Below are positions 26,701-54,000 of a stretch of DNA of 64,000 nt, one piece after another; within the stretch, counting starts at the first letter, position 1; every line of letters begins with the position of its first letter. The stretch is taken from the NCBI RefSeq assembly GCF_964355755.1, contig NC_092674.1, positions 5,270,001 through 5,334,000 on the forward strand, written 5' to 3'. The stretch comes from Antedon mediterranea (lineage: Eukaryota; Animalia; Echinodermata). The notes beneath the pieces were generated by a model, which worked only from the letters and a program-made list of their open reading frames with translations, did not search any database and was not told the DNA's origin. The position numbers were made by a program, and so were the translations under genes.

Positions 26701-26878
26701 TCATTCAGATGTGCGTTTACAAATTACGTTTGGCAGGAGAGGTTAGAGTTGCAGACTGTACGCGGCAAGTTAGGAAATGGGGTAAAGGTTGTAGACCTAA
26801 AAGTCATCGGACAGGATTATTCAACTTTGTGCCAGGCCCATTATGCTCACAACTAGTTGACTGAGTTTTGACAAAAGG

Positions 26879-26995
26879 AGCTGTCTACACAAAAAATGTG
26901 ATGTTCCCATATGGACGTGATGATGTCATAGCACTATATTTGGGCATATCACACTTTTTTGTCAAACTATGTAGTTTGATTGTGTAGACAGAGCT
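26879..26995. mobile_element. MITE family A
   Basis: TIRs and internal GATGATGTCAT/GGGCATATCAC motifs. Confidence 0.8.
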
Positions 26996-26999
26996 TAAT

Positions 27000-27376
27000 A
27001 GTAGAATCTCTCCTTAGAGGCAACCCTATTCAGGAGACACCCTATTAAGTGGAATACATTCCACTGAAACAACAGGCTTTAACCCTACAGTACAGCCAAC
27101 CCCTATTCAGTGGCAATCCCTATTAAGGGGATACATACTTTGTATGTCTTGAAGGTATCCTCTTAAGGCCAATTTACACAGACGATCGGTAACGGTAAGC
27201 AGAAAACAGCATAGCTTTTCCCACAGAATATGTATCTACTGTATTCTGATCAGACATCGCTCGTCTGCTCCGCGGTTGTGTACTGTAAATGGACATAAGA
27301 AATAACATAAATTCTATATTTTAATCAGTTACCGCTTGTCTAGTGTAAATTGGCCTTTAATTGGGTGTCTACTATA
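27000..27376. mobile_element. Old Tc1/mariner-like MITE family (CAGTRGAACC...GGTTCYACTG), here split by a family B insertion
   Basis: CCCTATTCAGGAGACAC / TATTAAGGGGACAC motifs; relatives at about 7830-7942, 9974-10317, 11550-11635, 35715-37225, 37300-37375 and 37765-37900. Confidence 0.55.
27166..27356. mobile_element. MITE family B (TIR AGGCCAATTTACAC, TTA target)
   Basis: TIRs with TTA duplication; relatives at 34289, 53763 and 55353. Confidence 0.85.
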
Positions 27377-27732
27377 GATTACAAAATAGAGAATAATTCT
27401 GAACCTATTCTGTACTGTGTGCCATCCAGTTTGCAGACAAGTGGTTATATACAGTAGTGCTGTACTGTATTGTACTGTACAACAGTATCAAATGAGTCAA
27501 AGCATAAGTTACTCATAAATTGTATTTTTAAAATATACCAGTTGGATTACTGTATGTATTTGTATTATGGCTTGATGTGAATATTATAAGCAAAGTGTTT
27601 TATTTTCATTTCATGATAAAAATAATAAAGCAATTAAGTATAATATTTATGTAGCATTAAGCAGAAATAAACCAAACTAATCCACACTGCTTATTAGTAC
27701 TGTACCATTTATGGTGTTAAAGTCACCAAAGT

Positions 27733-27860
27733 TTTCTCGGATAAGGACTTAAAACTGGAGGTCCAGTGTACACATCTAGCTCGTGTGCACTTTAAAGAAC
27801 CTAGTACATCTTTCGGAAGAGTAGGGGGTTACCCCTACATATGTACTGGTTCATTCAGCC
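27733..27860 (+). mobile_element. Partial Deu/Nin-like SINE
   Basis: Closely matches the core at about 8150-8260. Confidence 0.75.
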
Positions 27861-28022
27861 CCTGTCGTTGTGGACAGACGAACTGGCGCCGTTTGTTGGC
27901 AGACGATCGGGTGCCGTTTGGTGTCAGTACTCGACAAAAAGGGACTCTTACAGATTAGGTCACAGGTTATTCGTTTACGTTATTCTTTCTTTTTCAGAAC
28001 CGTGGTACTTGAGGTTTCCTCC

Positions 28023-42737
<14,715 letters not shown>

Positions 42738-44521
42738 TGCTCTAGGAGTGCTTTTTATTGAGATACTTGGTCAAGTAACACAAACCGGTAAATCAAGATG
42801 GCTGCCGGCATGTTGTTTTATATGGCAAGATTGCCAGGTTTATTAGTATAATTATTTAAATTTCTGGCAATAGTTTATGTACAAAATATGGAATTCATAA
42901 GTGGTAAAATAATATTGCCGTACTTTTGTAGTATTGTTTCTTTGCAGATAATATTTAGGTAAAAGTTTGCCTAGAAATAGATAATTCATTAAAATAAAAA
43001 ACAATACAAAGAAACAAAAAACCACCTAAATATTCAGGCCTATACTTAATGTCTGATTTCACTTTTATGTGTTTTCTATCGGAAACCATACACTGTATCT
43101 ATTCGAATTGATTGAGAATTTAAATTCCATTTATTTTGTCCAAATTTATTCCCAGGCAATCTTAAATATGACCCAAAATTGTAGATGAACTTCAACCTTA
43201 TTTATTTAGCTACAACAATAAATATATTAAAATTCAAAGTTTTTTTTTATTTCATTGGAACAATATTCACATTGTGACATAGTGACATTACATTCAAATA
43301 TATGATGTCATTGTCAGTTGGACATTTCTATTTTGAGTTTGTGACCAAGACTCCATCTAACCAAAATTTACTTTAATACAACACATTTTTTTTAATACAG
43401 TTTGATTTTTAAATCTTGTAATTATTTTATTAATTCACATTTGTCCTCCCAGTTTATAGTAACTTTAAAATCGGTTGGAATTAATTTGGCGTTTTTATTA
43501 TTTATAGATTTAAACATTTCTTTTGTGCCAAATTATTAACAGTAAAATATGAGATTGATCTCAGAAATACTTAGTTACTTATTTTCCTATTTTTATACTA
43601 ACATTGTTTAACAGTCAATGTTTTGTGTTGTTAATCTTTGTTGGTTTTAAAAAAACTTGATATTAATAATAAGATTTATTTACATATCCACAAAGTGCAG
43701 TTATAGTATTGTTATTTTGATAGTCACACATTTGGTGTTCACATCGCCAGAACATTCACCAATTTTTATTACTAACAACTTTGAAATATTTTTATAAATC
43801 GGCTGAACTTTGCCCTTCATGAACAAAATAGCATAATTGAAAATAGAATTATGTATTGTACTGTTTTGATTTGTAAGAAATAAGTGTCATATTGGCTAAT
43901 GAATATTCATTATACAGGTGTACACTAACTGTAATAAGTTCTTTTTTCTTAAGATCAACTAACAATGTATTAAGACAAATATTGGTACTCTTAATTTGTA
44001 TGTGACCAAAACTATACTTGCTCATTGTATTAACAATATTGATTAATTATTTAGGTTAAGTTTCAAAATTTAGAAGCTGCCTCGATAGATATTTACATTT
44101 AACTGGACTGACCATTACAAAATATGTGTCAATGTATCGTAAAATGATATTAAGATGAACATGTTTTTTTGTGTGTTTATTTACAATGTTTACGAAAATT
44201 ACAGCTCTGATTAAAATCCACCTATAATAAATATGTCTTCCTAAATATCAACAACCTTCCTGGCAACAGTTGCTTAGTTACCATTCATCCACCAAGTCAC
44301 ATGATGTAAATACAGTCTTAGTTTAGTTTAATATAAAGTTCTATTTTTTTTTACAGTTTACTTTTTTTGGATGATTTTTGCATTTTTTTTTTTTTGTAGA
44401 TTTATAATTCTTTATCAATTTGTATCATTTATATCGTATATGAGATACTAGTAAGTATTTACATTATTGCGGTGCCAAATTGTGTTTACTGTGATGTTTC
44501 CCAACAAATTATTATTACTAA

Positions 44522-44662
44522 AGTCCTGTTTACACTATTAAACTTTATGTGACAAAAATATGTGATGTGCCAAAATATGGTAGTGATATGACATCATTAT
44601 GTCCATTTATAGGCACATCATATTTTTTTTGTCACATAAAGTTTGATAGTGTAGAGAGAGCT
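44522..44662. mobile_element. MITE family A
   Basis: TIRs and internal motifs. Confidence 0.8.
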
Positions 44663-44875
44663 TTACAAATATAACATATGTTGTTCAATTGTATCGGTCA
44701 CGTTTAATTGCATATAAAAAAATAATAATTTTATACAATTACGATTAATTCATAAATGCACTGATATGCATAACTGAACAAATAATAGATTTAACTCTGA
44801 TTAATAATATTCAAATCCTTAATTGTTAAAATAAATAATTCAATATATATGCTCATTTGATTCAATAACAACTAT

Positions 44876-45120
44876 CAGGGGCGGTCGCAGGACTATTTTA
44901 AGGGGGTTGGCCAAAGAGTCCAGGACACTGAGTATTTAAATCAGCAGTTAATTAACACCACAATTTCCAAAATTCATTTACAAATATTCTTTTCCAGCCC
45001 TGGACTTCGATAACGTTATATAAATATTGTATACGATGAAATGGGATCTAAATTTTATTTTAGTATGAAATTAAAAGTGTTGCCCAGGCCACTAGGGCAA
45101 TACCCCTGGGTCCGCCCCTG
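44876..45120. mobile_element. hAT-like MITE
   Basis: CAGGGGCGG ... CCGCCCCTG termini; TSD not clear. Confidence 0.55.
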
Positions 45121-45905
45121 AGTATTTAATGATTTTTAATCATTGTTTATGTATACTACAGTGCTGGACGCTTTCTGATACAAATTGTAAAGAATAATTT
45201 TGTTCTTAGGTTCTCTACCCCTCCCAACTGCCCTAGTTATTCTTATAGTGTTTATTGAACTCAACTCAACTTAAACTGTCAAATGTAAAAAAAAAAAGAC
45301 CTTATATATTAATGATGTATATATAATATCCATATTTGGTATGATTATTGAACCATGCTTAATAGTAGAGATGATTTACATTATTTGAAAACAAAACATT
45401 AAGTCTGAAATTGCCCAAGATATATTTTTTATGTTTTTTTTTGTGTAAATTAATGGTTACTTACCGATTGTTTTATATTTAATGTTTTTTTTTTTAGGTT
45501 TAAAGTTGTTTATGTAAGAATTTATGATAAGATATAATTGAATGACTTGTATTTGTAAGTACTATTGTCAGTAATAGTATTATAGTAAATGTTTATTGAA
45601 CATTAAGGATTAGTAGAATTGAATGTAATAATGTTTCTTTTCAAGTCTTTTTATGTAATAACACATCCGTTATATAAATATCTATATACATAGTTAATTA
45701 ATTGGTAACAATCTTTAACAAGTTTTTGATTATTGAATCATGAATAATTTGTTTTTAGGATTAAGTTTTGATTTAAGAAATGATAACGTGGCATTCATTA
45801 TTTGATAGTTATGTGATATTCATGATCTGGTACACATAATCATGATGTCATATTTATCATGTGATGTCATTATCATACTCATCATGTGAGTCATAATGAT
45901 GTGAT

Positions 45906-46116
45906 ATACCTGCCAACTTCAGAGAGTAAATAATTGCAAATTTACAGCATATCAGGGATTTTTTCACCTTCCTGTACAAATTACAAATAGCACAAAATAT
46001 TTAAATCTTGAAACAATCTACTGTGATTTAATATGTTTAATAAATTAAAATTTAATTAAATTTTGGTGGGTGAGAAAAAAGTAATATACTGCATATTGGT
46101 AAAGTTGGCAGGTATG
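45906..46116. mobile_element. MITE with ATACCTGCCAACTT termini
   Basis: ATACCTGCCAACTT ... AAGTTGGCAGGTAT, inserted into a degenerate repeat. Confidence 0.65.
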
Positions 46117-46117
46117 C

Positions 46118-46480
46118 ATATGATGTCATCCTTATGTGTGATGCCATACTAATTGTGTGATGTCATACTTATGTGTGATGCCATACTAATTGTGTGATGT
46201 CATACTCATTGTGTGATGTCATACTTAATGTGTGATGTCATACTTATTGTGTGATGTCATACTTATTGTGTGATGTCATACTTATTGTGTGATGTCATAC
46301 TAATCACTGTATGATGCCATACTAATTGTGTGATGTCATACATATAACTGTATGATGTCATACATATGACTGTATGATGTCATACATATCACTGTATGAT
46401 GTCATACATATCACTGTATGATGTCATACATATCACTGTATGATGTTATACTAATTGTGTGATGTCATACTCATGACATG
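46118..46480. repeat. Minisatellite, 18-21 bp unit
   Basis: TGTGTGATGTCATACTWAT and CTGTATGATGTCATACATATCA units; degenerate copies also at about 45830-45905. Confidence 0.92.
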
Positions 46481-47090
46481 ATCATTTCATCACAATATAA
46501 ATAAGGATTTTTTTTCTTCAAATAGTCATGTGATGATCATATGAAAAGTATATGTATAATTGTGAGTAGAAACAGAAGTGTAAAGGGAAGTCTCATAAAA
46601 TTAACCATAAGATTTAAAATGTTTGGAATTTCATTTTGTTTCTCTCGTTTTCCTACATACACCAACATTTACTTCAGTGAGTAATTGCTGCACATAATTT
46701 AACAGACTGTATCATTATATATAGAGGATCACCCAGACTTGAATGGACAATCAAATGGTAAAGAAGTATGAATATGTATTTACTTTAATAATTGGTCAGA
46801 TGCCCTACTCTCATAATTTGTTCTTTATACTAAGTACATGGAGAATACTTTTGAACAAATTTGCAAGTAATTCTCGGTTAAGACTCAAACCCACAACCTC
46901 CAGATTACTAGACTGGCGTTCATACCTCTAGACCACTTAGCTTGCACTGATAGCTAGGGGTTAGATTCGAGGCCAAGAAAGTATTGTGTACTGCACCAAC
47001 ATTTTAATAATGCAAATTAATTGTGTAAATAATTTATCATTAACGCAGTGGTGTAACACTGGGCAAAGGCCTCTGGTTTAGCACTATTAA

Positions 47091-47224
47091 AGCTTGGTTC
47101 CCACTAGGATGGAATGTAGCGACGTAAACGCAGGCGAATTGACCAATCAAACATGATTTAATATTCAAACTTGTGACTTACGATTGGCTTACGTCTTTAC
47201 GTTGTGTCCTAGTGAGAACCAAGA
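47091..47224. mobile_element. MITE family C-related
   Basis: AGCTTGGTTCCCACTAG ... CTAGTGAGAACCAAG. Confidence 0.7.
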
Positions 47225-47815
47225 GCTTCTCCAACGCTGGGTAGTTGGACTGCTCATGCTCTGAGGCCCCTAAAGCCCCTGAGTTTATCATAGCTGTACC
47301 GGGACTGCATTAACGGTATATCATAGTACTTTAACCGGTCATGTTTTTTGTAGTTCCTATAATATGCCATATACACAGTTTTGGCTTGCACAAATTTTAT
47401 TTATTTATTATTTAGTTTTCATTCTCTGTTTTCATTCTCTAAATGTATGTATCTCTCTTACTTTTGCAGTTTGATCAACTACTGTACACTCATGGCAACT
47501 TTCCCCTAGATGTGTAGATGCATATGTTATAGCTTATAACTGGAGGTAAAAAGTCTTTAAATTTAGAGCAAAAGTAGTCATTTTTACATCTTCTTCCTAG
47601 TTTCAAAAGTGACTGAAAACAAATACAGTAAATAGTAGAGCAGAGAGATAAATACAGAATTATTTTAATAACTAAGACATTTTATACAAAAACCATATTT
47701 TATTAATACGTTATTACTTCTTCGTAAACAAGGATGGCAATACTCCACTTCATTTGAGTATATATAACAATTGTCATACTATTTAGCACATATAATCTTA
47801 AACAATTGTCATACA

Positions 47816-49246
47816 CTAGATGGTTCGCTCGCGTACCATCTAGGTCGTGCCCACAGATGGTTCTCGAATACATAATAATTTCAGCGTTAAAAAACTGGCG
47901 ATTTCAAATGTACGTACAATAATACATGTCGTTTACAGGAACGAATAAATAGACAATGATTTATGTACTCAACTAAAATTAGCACCCTGAGAATTACTTC
48001 CGAAAGAGAAACTTGTCACAAAATGAGACCAATTGTTTAAGTCAAATTTAAACAAACTTAATTTGTGTTTTGTATGTAACATTAGGGGTGAGGGATGGGG
48101 AAGAGGATGGGTGCAAAGACGAACAATTTTTAAATATATTAAATATATTCTTTATCCATTTAGTAACGAAATATTAATTGTTTTCATGTTTTACAAATAA
48201 TATACCACTAAACACAGTAAAACATTGCTATGTAATACTTTGTTGAAACTATCACCGTCCTAGTCGATTGAAATAGTACAGTACATGTAACGATACATCA
48301 CTACGACGTGTATGTTTATATAATGTAAAACAATTTGTGAAAACCACCTCTATTCGAGGAAAATCATAAATTCGATTTAATCGTCAATAAATATTAAATT
48401 ATCTAACTCAACTTAATTAGTAGGCCTAATGGTTTTCAATTGTTTCTTAGAGCCAATTCATACTTAAGTTGGTTCTTACCCTACCCACCAAAGTTGTTCT
48501 GCGTTTAGGGGATGTGATGCACCGTAGGCCTATCCTGTACTGGCTTTACAACGCTACTCATGCCAGTGAGGGAAGGGTGATGATGTGGGTGGTTTAAATG
48601 CAATAATAAAGATTTTTACATAATATACTGCGACTGAAAACGCTAGCTCATTATCCGTTTAAAAAAAATTATATCCAACCTCTGCAGCACAGATTGAAAA
48701 AAAAATGGATCAAATTTCTGTTATGAGTATACAGTACTTGCCTTTACGACGCCTGAGGGAATAGACACTTGTGGAACAGAGATTGGAATGTTCCATTCAT
48801 CGCAAATCAATACATTTGTATAAACGTATATTAAATCTATCAAAATAGTATTTTTTAAAGAAAAGCGGCCTGTCTTCAACATTGTGATGCTGTACTCGAG
48901 CTGTTCAACCGGTTTTCAGCCATTAAAAACAATTATCGTAGGAGGAGATAGGAAAATGCGAAGCATCCTCGTATTATTGTATGTGGGTATTTTTCAAGAC
49001 GGACATCCATTAGACAGTGTATACCACGATCGAAAAACACCCCTATTTGGGGCAAATCGTTGAACCTAAATTCGTTTTAATTGTCAATAACTAATTATCT
49101 AACTCAATTTAATTAGTAAACAGGGTTACATCAGGTGGTTAAAATCAGTACCGAGATTCTAACCAACTTTATATACCATCGAGTAAACATTCTAGAAATA
49201 ACGCGCGATTTACCGAATTTTGCCCTTACGTAAATTTATATATAGA
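47816..49246 (-). mobile_element. Non-autonomous Helitron-like element
   Basis: Minus strand reads A|TCTATATATAAA ... CTAGATGGTACGCGAGCGAACCATCTAG|T, giving 5' TC, a 3' hairpin, terminal CTAG and an A|T insertion site. Confidence 0.7.
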
Positions 49247-49265
49247 TGACCTACCTTAGAAATAT

Positions 49266-49530
49266 TGACAGTCTACTTCATACAGCATGGGGCATCAGTA
49301 ACATTGCAAAATAAGGTAATTTTTTTGTTCACAATTATACACTTATGGTATGACAGTACACACTCAAATTTACACATTTATTTCCTTGTATTATATCAAC
49401 AAAAAAGAAAATGATTTACTATATGTATTGGTTGAAGTGACAGTCTTCATACAGCATGGGGCATCAGTAACATTGCAAAATAAGGTAATTTTTTTGTTCA
49501 CAATTATACACTTACTGTATGACAGTACAT
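49266..49530. repeat. Direct duplication of about 85 bp
   Basis: CTTCATACAGCATGGGGCATCAGTAACATTGCAAAATAAGG... occurs twice. Confidence 0.9.
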
Positions 49531-50661
49531 ACACATACCTACATTGTGACTGTTTATTTCAGTTTAAGACTAGGCCTATATTTTTTAGCTATATTTTTTT
49601 AGGAATTCAAAGTACCCTGTTGATCTGTACCCGTACCCTGGAAGCTAAAAACCCCATAAATGTACCCAATTTTAATTCCTTATATTAGTCTAGGCATGTT
49701 ATTTGCTGTTAGTGAATTTGAATCACTATTCCAATTGATGAAAATTCATGCATAAGACATTATGCTCTACAAAACTTAAAATTAGTGAGACAAAAATCCT
49801 AGCACCACACATGAATTGAACCCAGACCCTGGAGATTGGTAGGCAAGGATCTTACCACCAAGCTACAACTCTACTCTAAATATAATCAAGTACAGAAAAT
49901 GATTTTTTCCAAATTGTAAAAGATATAAGAAAGTTAATGTTTTCAAATTTGAAATATTACAAATACCGGTGCAGTATAAAACAAAGATACAATTTATCAA
50001 ATAAATTTCTTCTACACATAATCTATATACAAAGAAAATATCTGCTAATGTCAGTTAGCTATAAACAATGTTCCTACAAGGTAATATATTCATGTTTACT
50101 GCAATTTAAACATACAGTACTGTACATACAAAATAATAATAATAATCAAGTGTGATGAATATAAATAGTTTTCCATCAACGGGGATTAAAATATATTCAT
50201 AGTTGATTCGGTTTTTGAAATACAAAATACATATAAAATCAAATTTCTACAGCTACTATTATAAGGATGTTTAAAAAAATATCTCTTAAATCACTATAAA
50301 TTAGTAATGTTTTTCCTAATATTCTGTAATATATTTTTGCAGAGAGAGCACCATTACAGTGGAATGATAAGATTGTTAGGTCAGTATTAACAATAGATGT
50401 TTCCATTTTAACCTTTGACCTATTTCTTATTTAGGGGAGAGGATGTACTAATGGATGGTTAACATGTGCAAACAGCTCCATTAAATATATCAATAAGAAC
50501 CATTACCTATCCACAAATGTCACATTCTAAGGACATCACCACCCCCTCCCCATGATCATATATTAATTCTTAAATCCTCAGTACTATATTTTGTGCTAAT
50601 TCCTTCCTCTTTTCTCTCTAACCATATTCCCACCTTTCTCTTCAAACCATCCATTTTCACA

Positions 50662-51052
50662 ATAATATTGATATAAAATAAATTCTGATATCACCAATTA
50701 TTGATATCAATAAATTGTGATACCAATAAATATTGATATAAAAATAAATGTTAATATCAAAAAATATTGATAAAAAATAAATGTTGATATCAATAAACAC
50801 TGATATCAATAAATATTGATAAAAACAAAATGTTGAAATCAATAAATATTCATAAAAAAATAATGTTGATATCAATAAATATTGATGAAAATAAATGTTG
50901 ATATCAATAAATACCGATATCAATAAATTCTTATATCAATAAATATTGATATCAATAAATATTGATATCAATAAATATTGATATCAATAAATATTGATAT
51001 CAATAAATATTGATATCAATAAATTGATATCAATAAATATTGATGTGAATAA
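50662..51052. repeat. 16-bp palindromic tandem repeat in the UXS1 3' UTR
   Basis: (CAATAAATATTGATAT)n containing the palindrome TATTGATATCAATA. Confidence 0.93.
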
Positions 51053-51071
51053 ATATCATCAATTTAATGTT

Positions 51072-54000
51072 CTACTTGTGAGCATCTCGTAAAAACTTTG
51101 GCTGCCACATCTTTTCACTGTGTTTAAGTTCGGTTCGGAAATATGCCACTGTTTTTGAGATCCCCTCTTCAAGCGGTACCTAGAAGACAGAAGAAAAAAC
51201 ATGCAAGTCCAACATTAATGTCGGTTGTCATGAGGGCTAGAAGGATTAAATAAATTACCCCCACTTGTCATAAGCATTAACTAGCACATTTATCTTCTTA
51301 AAATAAATGACCCCCCCCATTTGTTGATATATATCAAAAGAATAAGCAAAGTGAAGGTGATGTGATGGAAATGGATTGGACATGAGTTACGAATGGAGGA
51401 ATAGCTGCAATTGTATGACAGCTTTAACATGGTCTCCAGAAGATAGGATAAAAGTTGGACGTTCAAAAACAACATGGAGAAAAGAGAAAAAGAGAGAGCT
51501 GGGATGGAAATCATGGAACCAAGCCAAACCTGTTGCCAGGGTCTGGGTGCATTGGCAGAGTAACCTTGCAGCTTTATGGGCTAAAGGGCCCGAAGAGGAT
51601 AGGAAGGTAGTTGATATATACTGACCTGTGGTTCCCAGCCCAATAGCTTCTTGGCTTTGCTGATATCTGGTTTCCTTTTCTTGGGGTCATCTTCTGCCGC
51701 TTCTTTATGTACTATCTCACTAGATCCTCCTGATAGAAAATAATATAAAAATCTCGTAAAAGTAAAGAAACTTTAAATGGTACGAAATTGATTTAGGATA
51801 TCTATAGAATCTTTCAATATAATTTTCAGTAATAAAGATTGATATCTAATTTTATGCCTAGAATTGAAGGTGTATTGGTGAGGGTCATCATAACAATTAC
51901 TAACCAACGAAAGTTTTAATTATTTTAGCAAATTCCAAAATGGTGTGTTCATCTGGATTTCCCTGAAAAAAAAGTAAAACCTTTTAAACATAATTTATAA
52001 CAATTAACATAATTTATAACTATTAATTGCACTGTATATGTAGACTATTGCTAGACTATTGCTAGACTATTCAGGGCACTATTATTGAAAAATATTGTCA
52101 AGGCAAGCTTTCCAAAATAGTGACCTTAGGAAGTTGTGCAATAAATGTATATATACTTACTATATTTACAGGACTTGAAACTTCACTATTCATTAATTTT
52201 ATAAGTCCATCAACTAAATCTCTATAAAAATGAAATTTAATAATTAAAAGTTAGATAAAATCATAAAACGAAATGGTCTATTCAGCATTCAGTTTTAATT
52301 TCTTTAAAGCTTTTTATAAACTATCAAACTAGTGTGATGTGCCCAAAAATAGTAGTGATATGCCCAAATATGGTAGTGATATGACATCATCATGTCCATA
52401 CAATATATGGGCACATCACATTTTTTTGTCACATAAAGTTTGATAGTGTAGACAGAGCTTACGACATATAACAACTTACGTTACATATTGAAATGAGCGT
52501 GTCTGTGTTCCCGTTCCATATATGGTGATGGGGTCACCTTGCAGTGCCTGCATAATGAAGTTACTGACAACACGCCCATCAGCCATGTGCATACGTGGGC
52601 CAAATGTGTTAAATATTCTGGCAACTCTTACTTCAACATTTTCCTTTATGTGGCAGAATAGATAAAAAATATTTTGATAATGTATTTTTTAATAAAATAT
52701 CAAGGCTGTAGCGAAAGGATAAAAACAGACGAGGCAAAGATGTTTTAAATATAATTATCTATATAAAATATGATGATCTATGCTGGGGAATTGGGTGGGT
52801 GGTGAAAATCGAAAATTTCAGAAAAGTCGCTCAACCTTGTCTGCCTCATGCTGGACCTGAATATATGTATTTTTAATATCAATAACTTAGTAAATCAATT
52901 ATAAAAATGGAAATGAAATTAATCAAACCTGTTTTGCGTAAGCGTAACACATCGTTTCAGCTACTCGCTTGCCCTCATCATAACATGCCCTTGGTCCAAT
53001 CGGATTTACATGACCCCAATATTCCTCTGTTTGTGGATGTTGCTCTGGATCTGTGTGCATTTGAAATAACAACAAATTCATTCTTTGCTAAAGTATATTT
53101 TAATACAGTATTGGTAAATATTTTTTTAACTCTCAAACTGCATTAAGATTTCACTTAAGCTCTGTCTACACTATCAAACATTAAGTGTAAAATGTGATGT
53201 GCCCATATATGGACATGATGATGTCATATCACTACCAAATTAGGGCATATCACTACCAAATTTGGGCATATCACTACCATATTTGGGCACATCAAACTTT
53301 TTTGGTAAAACTAGTTTGATTGTGTAGACAGATTTTTATACTACTACTACTGCCAATCTATTACCTCCATAGACTTCAGATGTTGATGCGAGCAGTAGCC
53401 TAGCCTTGACACGCTTTGCCAGGCCTAGCATGTTCAACGTTCCCATTGAGTTAGTCTTGATAGTTTTAATAGGATTATACATGTAGTGAGGTGGAGATGC
53501 TGGAGATGCAAGATGGTAGATCTGGTCAACTGTAACAAATAATAAATAATTACGTTTGTATAATGCTATTTTAAATATCAGTGCTCATGGTTCTGTGGAC
53601 TAAGATGCAACACTTTTCAACTATATGCTTCTCACAGGGTCACTGATGCCAACTCTAACACTCCTCCATCTGTCCAGGACAGTGTCTATATGTAAACTAG
53701 TACACTGACGTAACCCCTACTCGTCTTGATGGTACTAGGTGGTTTAAACCCACTGTCGAAACGCCAATTTACACATACGAGCGGTAACGGTAAGCGGAAA
53801 ACCGTGTAGCTTGTCTCGCGTAGAATCTGTATCTATCCCGAGTGCAAACCGTCTGTCCGCTCAGCGCTTTGTGTAAATGGTCATAAGGAATAACATAAAT
53901 TCTATATTTTGATTACCATTAATTGGCCTTTAACCGCTTGGCCACTCACTAAAAATGAAAAAAGATCGCTCTATACACATAGTATAACATTCGAGTGGCC

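Noticed and set aside
42828-42872. ATTGCCAG...CTGGCAAT hairpin in the PAK 3' UTR as a pre-miRNA
   Set aside because: The stem is too short and AU-rich to distinguish from chance.
50657-50923. Hydrophobic 88-aa ORF
   Set aside because: It is a translation of the AT-rich tandem repeat.
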